From Saprolegnia diclina VS20 (taxonomy: Eukaryota), in assembly GCF_000281045.1 (NCBI RefSeq), contig NW_008246093.1, forward strand, positions 346,986-381,160: a stretch of DNA of 34,175 nucleotides. Reading direction: 5' to 3'. How positions within the stretch are numbered: position 1 is the stretch's first letter; every line of letters starts with the position of its first letter. The notes below the pieces were generated by a model, which was not told the DNA's origin, ran no database searches, and worked only from the letters and a program-made list of their open reading frames with translations. The position numbers were made by a program, and so were the translations under genes. Positions 22,335 to 33,239 of the stretch are shown one piece after another.

Positions 22335-25300
22335 ATGCCAGGCGCCGGGATGGAGCCGCTCTTCCTCTGGAACACGTCGGCGGCCAAGAAGTCGGACTTG
22401 AACCCGACCGACTCGACCATGGCGCGCAAGTTCAAGCGCGCTTGCGACGAGATCTCGACCGCGTACCTCAACGGACGGTAGCCACAAGCCACGGTCCATG
22501 CTCCTGCCGGCTCATGGTGCTCTGTAGCGTCGCGCTAGAAGATATATTGAACGAGACCATGAGTGAAGCGCTTCTGGTTTACATCTCGGAGCACATGCCA
22601 GCGGCCATGCGCAGCGCGCTGCGGACGCCCGAGACCATGCAAGACACGCTACGGCTCGCGCTGGGCATCACAACCGACCGCGCCAAGGTATGCCGCCCTC
22701 GCCTCGCTCGCGCCCATAGCTATCTGCGTAGCCGATCTCTGTGGAGACACAGCACTTGGCGTCCGGGCTCTTCCTCCTCGTGCACACCAAAGGCAGCGTC
22801 GTCCAGTGCAACACGTCGTTCCAGCCCGGCCATGCGACACGGTGCTCGAACCTCTGGCACTACATCTACGAAGCCATCATCGACTGCGCGACGTCGCAGA
22901 CCACGTTCTTTGTCGAGGGCGACGACGGCTTTGCTCGCCTCGCCGCCTCGTACGCGACGGTACGTCCATGCCGTCAAGGAAGAGAGGTTGACGATTGATG
23001 CCTGTAAAGATGATCAAGCACGCGGTCATGGACTGGCACAAGGGCACGTGCGTCTTGGCGCACCTCGGGCAGCACCCCGAGCACGTCGACTTTCTCCTCG
23101 AGCACATGTACAACGACAACATTATGTTGTCGATGATCCGCCTCATCTACTGCGACCATGCGATGGCGAGCATGCAGTCGGTCAAGAACATGCGGCTCAT
23201 GCGCAAGCTGCTCGCAAAACTACTCTCGCCCGAGCCCGGCCTCGTCACCCTCAAGCCTAACCTCTCAATCGCACTGCGGTCGCTCATCCGCGCGCCGTAT
23301 GTCACTGGGCGTGGCGACCTCATCTTTGCAAAGTCCATTCCGATCGACAAGCTCACAGGTAGCGTCCTCTTCTCGACGCCTCGTTGTTCCGTCTCATGAA
23401 CACTTGTAGGCCAACCGGACTATGTCCTGCTCTGCGGTACGTCGCGGGACCTCGACAACAGCCCGATGCGACAGTTTACGTCGCGCGTACGACCACTGCG
23501 ATATTTTAACGATTTTTTTGCAAATTTCTCGATAGAAAATCCGGCATTTGGTGCACGTCTTGATCGAGAACAACACGCTGGTGCCGGGCCTCATTGCGCG
23601 CAGCTGCCACGAGTGGTCTTCGGACGCGTGCCCGTCGTTTGCGTGCTCGTCCTTGTTGGCGTCGCTCCTCGATCTGGTCACGACGGTCGAGTTTTCCGAA
23701 CGAACGGGGAAAGGCCACATTGGCATCGAGTGCAACTATTTTCCGTGCCAGACGCACCAGATTCTGAGTGTGAATCTCATGTACGGCGACGAGCCAGTCA
23801 CATTTCTCCTCAACTGCATGATGGGCGTCATGGTGACGCCGGCCAACAACCAAGGGCCGATCTCGATCAGCATGAGCCAGCTCACGTCGGTCACCAAGTC
23901 ACCCGATGGCTTTACGATCCGCATGAAACCGTCGAGTACGATGGACACATTGTCTTATAACTGACACTACAGTATGTGTAGGTCGAGAACCGATGCATTT
24001 TACCACGCCCAACGCCGCGGTGCAGGCGCAATGCATCGCCGGTCTCAACAACGCGCTCGAAGGCAACCTCGTCGAGCTCGACATCTTTTGCAGCGAAGAC
24101 TGGAAGTCCAACGTGGCCGAGTACCAGCAGCTGCGTCTCGCCATGGTGCAGTCCCTCGTACGTAGAGCGTCTGTGGTGCGCCATGTTGATAGAAGAGCGT
24201 AGGAGGCTGCGCTGCCCGCGACCGTCCGCAACACGATGATGACGTGGACCGAGCACCAGCCGGGCTTGTCATGGAAGCTCACGCACATCTGCGACGTGAT
24301 CCAGGCCATGGTCGGCATGGAGTCGAAGCGGTACGCTGCGTTCTTTTGCTTGGATTTTGTTTTGATTTTTGTTTATTTTCGGATTTTCGATTTCACGCTT
24401 TTTTGTAGACTCGATGCACTGCTCGTGTCGTCCGGTGCGCTCAACGCGCTCTTGCAGTGGTATACGTTCAACCACTCGAACGCCGTGTGCTCGCACATTA
24501 CGCAAATGCTGCTCTTTTACATCAGCGACCCCAACGGGAAGCGGTCGCGCACGTGCCCTGTCATTGGGCTGCTCATGAAGGAGCTGCCGCCGCTCATTCT
24601 GCAAGCCGTCACGCAGCACCCGAACGAGTCGCGCGAGATGCTGCCGTACGTGCAGAGCCTCTACGACGCGATCGAAGCCTGCATCCAGTACGCCGTTTCA
24701 AAGGGTTAGGGTGGATGGACCCTAGCCCTACATGGGCCCGAGCTAACAGATCGAGATACGACTAGGAGCCCGCATTCGAACTCGCACTTGCGCGTCGCAC
24801 AGCTGGCCGACGCCGACCCGACGTGGCATGAGCTCTACCTGCACTTTCATGACCGGTGTCTCGAACGGTCGGCGAGTGGTCGCTTCAAGTTTGAAGCGAT
24901 GATCTCCGAGGCGCACATGCCGCTGCAGCCAGCGTTTCACAAGGACATTTTGGACCTCCTTGCGCAGCCCACGTTTGCGTCCTATGACATTGGCTCGGCG
25001 TTTCTTGTTGGCAACGGCTGTGTCTTTGGGTATCTCTCTTTTCACTTTCCATACCTTCTAAACTGATTTTTCCGTTTAGATACGTCTACAAGCAAGACCC
25101 GTCGCCGCCCGAGCCCGTCCACATTTCCGTGCCGTGGCGCCGAACGCTCGTAGTGTTTGAGCAGAGCTCGTTCAAGCTCTGGTGCTTCGTGCCGTCGCAA
25201 CACAAGCCCAACGAGCCCATCAAGTACGCTCTCGATGTCCTGGTGTCTACACTAACGTGTAAACTAGCTGGCAGTGGATCGTACCAACGGCGGTGCAGAC

Positions 25301-26068
25301 CCACTACTGCCAAGGAGAGGACGAGCACCATACGAGCATTGGCCACCACGGCTTTGACGTCATCTCGGACCTTCAGCACAACGGGACCATCTGGCGACTG
25401 TGCACGACCGCGCTGCACGAACGCGACGAGTGGCTCAAGGTGTTTCAGTCGGCGACCGCGACCATTTCAGCGCTGGGTACTAACTATCCCAACAGTTGCA
25501 ACACGATATGTAAGATCGGATGTAGCTTCGCATTATGCGGCAGCGTCGCCCACGAAACCAAAGAAGAAGGTGACCAACTGCATCATGTGCAATGCAGCGT
25601 TCCACGTCTTCAAGCGGCCGTACGCGTGCCACCGGTGCGGCCTCGGCATCTGCGGCAAGTGTTCCAAGGTATATTTGACCGTGTTTCGTTGTGAAATGAC
25701 AATTTTGTTAGTTTTTCAAACCGATTCCTGAAATGGGCGTGTACACGCCGGTGCGGCACTGCCAAAAGTGCTTTGAGGCGTCGGGCGGCGCCATGTCCGA
25801 GAGCTGCCCCGTCCAACTCATGGGCGGTCTCCCAATGATCCACGAAGACCACGGCCACGTCAACGACGTCGACCGCATCGGCGGCTTCCTCGAGCCAAAA
25901 ACCGTCAAATCCCAGCGCGGTCTCCAGAAACCAAAGCTGATTGCGATACCGGACGATGGCGACGTGGCGGAAATGAGCTTTCCGACGACGCCGATGCAAG
26001 TTGAGGACGTGCTCTTGCCGATCGAAGCGGAAAAGGAAGCGTCCCCGAAAGAGAGCGAGACCAAGTAA
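22335..26068 (+). CDS. Large multi-exon protein: SAPS-like helical region + PH domain + atypical FYVE zinc finger
   Basis: GC3-rich exons are separated by about a dozen short GT-AG introns. The FYVE-type 8-Cys finger is 'NCIMCNAAFHVFKRPYACHRCGLGICGKCSK...PVRHCQKCF'. The PH C-terminal helix is 'WRLCTTALHERDEWLKVFQ'. SAPS-like segments are 'LEDILNE' and 'ALLVSSGALNALLQWYTFNHSNAVCSHITQML'. Internal exon boundaries are not all certain. Confidence 0.8.
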
Positions 26069-26503
26069 CTCGCGCTCCAACATGTACTTGGTAGAAATAT
26101 ACATATACAGAGATGTCGTGTCACCTTGGTATCCACTCGATACACATCGTTTGAGAAAGGATTATTGTTATCAAGTCGAGCATGGCGCACTGTAGCCGTT
26201 GATTGGCCAATGAAGGTGGATAAATGATCAAACCAAGAAGCCATGTGGTGAAGTATCGACGTGGCGCATTGGCTTGACAAATTCTTTCAACTGTCAAGTT
26301 GCCAGTGGCACTTTCAACGGTTTGTTTCAATACTTCAAGTTAGCGACCAGAGTGTCACCCAATGAACACATGTCTGTGACAATCATTGCCCAATGATCTA
26401 TCTCTATCAAGAAAATGTATTAATGTATCGGAAATATATCAAAGTATCATGAGTGGGACCAAGTGTGGCGGATGCTTGTCACTTTTGAATTGAGATTGGT
26501 ACG

Positions 26504-27561
26504 ATGACCGCAAGAGTTTGCCAACGTACCAAAGGAACTGTTGCGACTACGATCAATGAAGACTTCGACTACAGTCTAGCGTTGGTGCCTCCTTGCTTCC
26601 ACATCGTCGCACGGGGCCTTCAATTCGGGGCTGTTCTAACACTTGCCGCGACTTTCTGGACTCGCGTGCACGAAGGCACGTACTATGGTGCTCGCGTCAT
26701 CGTCAAGTTGATACTTGCCGTCGACGCCACCACGATGCGCAAAGCTTATCAACTGGCTCGAATTTCCATCGACATGCACCATCCCAACATCGTCCGCTTC
26801 TTGGGCGTCGACTACGACGACCAAACCAAGACTGTGTAGGCTTCCATTCCTATCCCTTCACCATGTCTCATCTTAATTTGTAGACTCTATGTGACCGAGC
26901 AGCTTGAGCGCGGGGACTTGGCATCCATCTTGGCCAGCGACGAAGTGCTTTCGGTCCAAGTGTGCATACAGATCCTGTTTGATGTTGCATGCGGCATGAC
27001 CTACCTCCACTCGCAGCCCAAGCCGATCATGCACCGCGACTTGCGCGCGGCCAACGTTCACATTTCGTACGTTTTTCGATTTTTGAGTGGCAACTCATCT
27101 CTATCTAGCCGCAACTACCGCGCCAAGGTGGCCAATTTCGAGCTGAGTGGCAAACGTGGCCTCGACAAGTCTCGGGTCGGCACACCAGCGTGGACGGCGC
27201 CCGAGATCTTGGCGGGCGATGCCGACTACACGGAAAAGGTCGACGTCTACAGCTTTGCGATGCGTACGTACACATTATTGTCTAACATTCTTGACGACTG
27301 AGGAATTATGATTTAGTCATGGTCGAGATTATGAACCGAAAGATGCCATACGCCGACGAATCCAAAGCCATGCCAGCGCCCCAGCTCTTGAACGAAATCG
27401 TGTCGAAGCAACGGCGACCGACAATTTTGCATCCCGAAAATTGGCCGCAACAAATGCTCAACCTTGTGGAAGCGTGCTGGGAAGAAGACGCGGAAGAGCG
27501 CCCTGCGTTCCAGTCTGTCGTCGCAGAGCTGGACACATATTTGAAACAACCGCAGGCGTGA
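26504..27561 (+). CDS. TKL-like protein kinase-fold protein, probable pseudokinase (copy A), 4 exons
   Basis: Kinase motifs VIVK, HPNIVRFLG, MHRDLRAANV, GTPAWTAPE, VDVYSFA, CW and RP are present. The DFG position reads NFE. Introns are at 26836-26883, 27067-27108 and about 27264-27316. The start codon is uncertain. Confidence 0.85.
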
Positions 27562-28505
27562 GCGTACGCCGGGTATCTATGATGTACTAGTAGAATGTAA
27601 ATGTGAATTCAATATGGCAATTCGCGTGATGAGTTATCGTCCAAAGCTTGGACGAGGCGTGGCTCGACACCAGAGTGGAGTTCCTACTTATCCACTCTTG
27701 TAGACCAGCTTGTGGAAAAACGTATTCCACTTACTATGAGGCACAAAGTTGATACTAGTAGAAACCCGTGTACAGTACCAATGACATTTGATATTCGTCG
27801 ACGAGATCCAATCCATTTCCAAATTTCCGTCGCCCTCAGCATCCATACTACTGTAGTTATCATGTGCCCTTCGGACCTAAAGACAGCTGCAGCACCTATT
27901 GACGCGGCACACGGTGCACGCACCGAAGACTCGGCGCGCAACGACTTGTCGCCGAGTACGACGCCACCGACCCCGCTGTCGCCTCACTCGAGCGAAAAAA
28001 GCACAGCGACCAAGGTAGACCAAACCACGTTAATTGGTCCTTATCGACTTGGAACGTTGCGTAGCGCAAAGCGCCGCCACTGCTGCCAACATCGTCGAAA
28101 CGACATTGCGCCGACACTGACGCCAGCTGGTTCGAGAGCAGCATGGCGCCGCCAGAGACCTCCGAACACGGCGCTGCCCAAGCCTCCTTGTCCCTTGACC
28201 CACCCGAGGACCTCTACGGTCCTTGTCTGTTTCGCATGTGAACCTCGCAAGGGCACCTGCAACGAGAACAGCGATTTATCAACTGTGGTCGCTATATCAT
28301 TGTATGCGTCGATGCCATTGGCCGTCATTTTCGCACGCGATAAAAATGATCAATTGGTACTGTACATTTCTGAAATGCAAATTCACCAACTGGCCAATCA
28401 CAACACCTCATTTCCTGTTTGCAACATATTTTTAGCCAATCCGCTGTAAGAATTCTCACCGACGGTAGTTGCTGTCCGGACGGCAGAGTCGGATTTCGCG
28501 TGCAA

Positions 28506-29663
28506 ATGGACAAGCCAGCGCCGGCGCCCCAAGTCCTCGACAACCTCCCGGTATGCTTCAAGATCGACGAAGCGGCGCTGGTGCCTGGTGCGGCCTCGCC
28601 CACGCCGGCGTGCGCCATGTGGACAGGCGTCTTTTACGGCACGTACCATGGGTCGCCCGTCCTCATCAAGGAGGCCGCGTTGGCGGACGATGCCAAGCAG
28701 CGCGAGATCTACCGCGTCGTGCGCTTGGCCATGGACATGTATCATCCCAACATCGCCCAGTTCTTTGGCGTGAGCTTCAATAACCCGGAGAAGAAGCGCG
28801 TGTACGCCGCTCTACCATGCCCGCTCGCCTCCTCATTCTCCTCTCTTTGTAGACGCTTGGTGATCGAGCGGCTCGAGCGCGGCGACTTGGCGGCCATCTT
28901 GGCCAGTGACGAAGAGCTCTCGGTGCAGCGCTGCGTGCAGATCATGTGCGACGTCGCCTGCGCGATGTCCTACTTGCACGCGCAGGCCAAGCCGATTTTG
29001 CACCGCGACTTGCGCGCCGCCAACGTGCACATCTCGTACGTGTCTTCCGCGAAATGCACTTGACTGATATCATTTACTCTAGGCACGACTACCGCGCCAA
29101 GCTCGTCAACTTTGAATTCGGCGGCAAGCTCGGCCTCGACAAGACGCTGATCGGGACACCGGCGTGGGCCGCGCCCGAGATCTTGGCGGGCGACGCCGAC
29201 TACACGGAAAAGGTCGACGTCTACAGCTTTGCCATGCGTACGTGCACATTATTGTCTGCATTCTGAAGGACTTACGAAGCTCAATCTAGTCATGATTGAG
29301 ATTATGAACCGCAAGGTGCCATATTCCGAAGAGCCCAACGACCTGCCCGCGCGGATGCTACTGGAACAAATCGTCATGCAAGCCCGCCGCCCGCGCATCA
29401 TGGAGCGCGAGAGATGGCCGCGGCCGCTCCTCCACCTCGTCGACTCGTGCTGGCAGAAGGACCCGACCGTGCGCCCGTCTTTTGATGGCATTGCGACCAA
29501 GCTCCACGCGATTCTGAAGCCCCCATCAAGCCCCACGAAGCGTCTCAATTCGGCTCGGTCGACAAAGGTTGGGACGACCACTGGCAGCGTCGAGGACAGC
29601 GAAGATGGAAATGCCAAGCGAGCCCGGTGCGCAGTTGACAGTCGCGATGACCCGTCGACGTAA
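28506..29663 (+). CDS. TKL-like protein kinase-fold protein, probable pseudokinase (copy B), 4 exons
   Basis: Kinase motifs VLIK, HPNIAQFFG, LHRDLRAANV, GTPAWAAPE, VDVYSFA and CWQKDPTVRPSF are present. The DFG position reads NFE. The three intron positions match copy A. Confidence 0.88.
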
Positions 29664-30197
29664 AGCCCTCTGCATCGTATCGTAGTCGACGGAGTTTTAA
29701 CTGGCTGGTATGTACACTATTTAAAAAACGCTTACATATTGTCTATCGCTCGAGCACCTCAATGTGAGTAGTTTGTACGTGTTGCTAGTACCTGCAGCGA
29801 GCAAGAACGCGACGACGAATATGGTTGCGCAGCCGTTCGAGCCAGTTTGGACAAGGCAACGACGCGCCTAATCGCTATCCAATCACAAGCTGTTCCTAAA
29901 TCGTTTATATATTGTCATGCAAATAAGAGCTTATTTGTTGTTGGTAGCCCATTGCTCGAGGTGCAGAAGCACTCGAGTGGAGGACTGGAACTGACCAGCT
30001 TGCAGCTTGCAGTTGCAAGCGCACTTATGAGGATACATTGATCGAACCTGGTGCAGCCCCATGTTCCGTTCTATAGTCCGAATTAAGTGCGCCGCATCAA
30101 TACAAATCCCGAGTACTTCTATTAAGTACGCCTCCGAAATCGAACTTGGAGAGATCTCTCCGCGAGATCCGACGCACTTATTGGAGTGATCGACTGG

Positions 30198-31598
30198 ATG
30201 CAGGAGCCACGGGGTTCGTCAACGGTATCGGCAGCGAGCGCCGTCGGGAGCGAAGCGCGCTGGCGCCGGGAAGAGGTGCGTCGGAGCTGCATGCCACCCA
30301 TGCGCGTCCTCATGCGAGGCTAGATGGCGCTCCTCGAGAGCATCATGCAGACCTCGTACCCGGGCTGGACCGAGACGACGGTCGTCGACTGGACGGTATG
30401 CTGCCACGACGACAAGGACAAACGACGAGCATGCGTAGGCCGTCGCAACTCAAGTCGGCTCGCGCGACGTGTGGCAGTGCAAGCAAAAGTGGATGCGGTC
30501 GCTGCGACCAGGGCTCAACCTCGGCCCGTGGAGCGACCAGGAAGACCGGCTCTTGATGGACGTCATGGCGGCGCTACCGTCGCCAGCCCGCGTCGACTGG
30601 CGCCAAGTGGCCTACGACCTTGAGAAGTCCAATTTTCGACGCAGGTATCGCTATCTGTTAGCGTGCAAAGCCGGACATGTACCTCCTGTAGCATGAAGCA
30701 GGTCAAGGAACACTGGGAAGATCACATCAACCCAGCGATCGTGCCCATGTACAATGACAGCGCAGAAGCAGCGGCTAATGATCGATCTGGATGCATAGCC
30801 ACGAAGTGCCATTGACAAAGGCCGAGCTGGCCATCATCCGCGAGACCGTCATGGCCTACCCGCACTCGGGGAAGCTCTGGGTGCTGCTGATCCGGAACGT
30901 CAATGACGTTATCAAGACCAACGCAGATGTGATGACCGAGCTTCTGAGCGGCCGTGGTCCCGGCGGCCAAAATCTGACACCGGTGCTGTCCAGATTGTAC
31001 CAGATCTGGAAATCAAATATCCACCCACCTCTGATTCTAGGTGCGCTCCAAGAGCGATCTGAAAAAATCCCTTCAGAAAATGGTCACGCGCATTCAAAAA
31101 GAGCAGGCCGCGCTCGCACCCGCCCCGCCGTCCTCCGACTCGACGTTATTTCGCAAAACCACATTGTGGTACGATGTCGATTTGACCTTGAGTGGGATAC
31201 CAAAATGCAAACTGGGTAGGGAGACCCCCGGACGGCTCTCGGTCAAGCGTCGGACCAGTGCCAGAGCCACAGCATCGTCATCGCCGGCAACGCTGCCAGT
31301 GGCACCAGCGCTGGAGCCGGTTATGAACCCTAACGCGCTACTGGCTCCTGCGATCACGGCCGTGCACGAGGCTTCCCGAGCAATGGGTTGCTCTCTCGAC
31401 GAGACGCTCGCGCTTCTCCGAGACGCTATCTCAGCCTCTGTGCCAGACCCACCGACAACAGAGGTCGACGCCACGACATCGTTTCTACGATTGCCACCCG
31501 CCGACACAATGCGCGAAGCCGATCTACGCAGCGACGACCTGTCGCCGGCGCAGCTGCTCGTCGGCCTGCGCACGTCGGACCCTGCCACGATAGCGTGA
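30198..31598 (+). CDS. Myb/SANT-repeat DNA-binding protein (two clear repeats + degenerate third), multi-exon
   Basis: The spliced translation 'RWRREEMALL...VDWTAVATQVGSRDVWQCKQKWMRSLRPGLNLGPWSDQEDRLLM...VDWRQVA...RRSMKQVKEHWEDHINP' shows regularly spaced Trp and the Myb linker L.P....GPWS.EED. Short GT-AG introns keep the frame to TGA at 31598. Confidence 0.85.
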
Positions 31599-31914
31599 GA
31601 TCAATGCACACATTTGGCATGTATGTACTCGGTTTCAGGGCTCGGGATCACGCTATGATATCGAGACACTCGTAAGTGTCGGCGTCATCTGTCCACAAGG
31701 GCTAGGGTTGTACGGAGGAATGGATATACCCTGGAAAGACCTTGTAAGTGTACTTCACCAAAGAGTTGCAGCAAAGTGGGGTCGAGGCCATGTAGCCCTG
31801 TAGTGACGTCGTCGTTGTTGGAAGCTGCAACGTCCAGAGGAGGCCTGCAGGCGCCGACAAGAGCTGCCGTTTGTATTGAAATTCCGGCCATGACGCGGTC
31901 CAGACGTCGCATGT

Positions 31915-32590
31915 CGAGCACTTGCGCTTGCTGGCGAGAAGGCGCACGAGTCGCGTCTGGAGCTCGACATCCTGTACGAAACATATACTTTTCGCGAGCT
32001 CCAGAGCCCAGTCAACGACTTACCCGACTCCAGCAGAGAAGCAGGTCGAGCTGCCACGCTGCTTGGCTGACCTTCCGTCCTAGGTATGTATGCTCGGGTG
32101 TGATCAGCTGAACGATTATCTTGCATCGGCGGCTTGGCAGCGCCAGCAGGTCGAGAAGAAAGCTGACGTTGTCGAAATGGTTGGTCGCATCACGGAACAT
32201 AACTCCATGTATGCTCCTTCCATGCAGTACGGCAGCAGAGGCTTGCTCGCACTCACATGTTGTCGACGACCTGCAAGCTTAATGAGGCTCTATCGTGCTT
32301 GCCAATACATCGAGCGAAGAGAAATCGCGTCGTCCGTAAGTCGTAGCATCCTGAAGACCACTCAATATGATGATTGCACTGGCGGAGCTTTGGGTAGCGC
32401 GGCAGAATCTCCGATGCAATCTCAAGGTGGCCAGAGCTTTGTAGCACCTCCCGGAAGATGCTGCGCCATTGAGCAAGAAAAAGCGCACCGCGTCCGACGC
32501 TTTTTGATTCATGGCGGCTTGGAGCGCTCGAGGGCGGCGACTTGCGTCCGAGTGCCGGGACAGAAGCTGCACCAGCTAGTGGTTCCTGAG
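31915..32590 (-). pseudogene. Decayed paralog of the ankyrin-repeat-like gene at 33240-34175
   Basis: Collinear nucleotide similarity: 31921 cttgcgcttgctggcgagaaggcg matches 33255; about 32066-32108 matches about 33468-33510; about 32475-32500 matches about 33860-33885. Peptide pieces 'DNVSFLL..LITPEHTYLGRKVSQ' and 'RLLASKRK' lie in different frames with deletions. Confidence 0.75.
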
Positions 32591-32726
32591 AGTTGAATGC
32601 CTAAGAGTACTTTGCAGCCATTGCTGTATTCAGTTTAGTCTGTTGACCGCTCTCAGTTCTAGTACATGATAGCCGAATCGTCATTCTGAGCTCTAGCTCT
32701 CCTGGCGCTTGCGCTTGCTGGCGAGA

Positions 32727-33212
32727 NNNNNNNNNNNNNNNNNNNNNNNNNNNNNNNNNNNNNNNNNNNNNNNNNNNNNNNNNNNNNNNNNNNNNNNNNN
32801 NNNNNNNNNNNNNNNNNNNNNNNNNNNNNNNNNNNNNNNNNNNNNNNNNNNNNNNNNNNNNNNNNNNNNNNNNNNNNNNNNNNNNNNNNNNNNNNNNNNN
32901 NNNNNNNNNNNNNNNNNNNNNNNNNNNNNNNNNNNNNNNNNNNNNNNNNNNNNNNNNNNNNNNNNNNNNNNNNNNNNNNNNNNNNNNNNNNNNNNNNNNN
33001 NNNNNNNNNNNNNNNNNNNNNNNNNNNNNNNNNNNNNNNNNNNNNNNNNNNNNNNNNNNNNNNNNNNNNNNNNNNNNNNNNNNNNNNNNNNNNNNNNNNN
33101 NNNNNNNNNNNNNNNNNNNNNNNNNNNNNNNNNNNNNNNNNNNNNNNNNNNNNNNNNNNNNNNNNNNNNNNNNNNNNNNNNNNNNNNNNNNNNNNNNNNN
33201 NNNNNNNNNNNN
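32727..33212. other. Assembly gap (486 N) flanked by an identical 61-bp sequence
   Basis: A run of N; 32666-32726 is identical to 33213-33273. Confidence 0.98.
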
Positions 33213-33239
33213 ATGATAGCCGAATCGTCATTCTGAGCT

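Noticed and set aside
27712..28449. 245-aa ORF between the kinase paralogs
   Set aside because: Non-ATG start, low-complexity translation, and it runs into the CCAAT-containing AT-rich promoter of copy B.
547..31598. Idea that the many signalling and phosphatase-related genes form a functional cluster
   Set aside because: Mixed orientations, interspersed metabolic genes and a transposon, and no shared regulatory signature seen. Signalling genes are common in oomycete genomes, so synteny and co-expression data would be needed.
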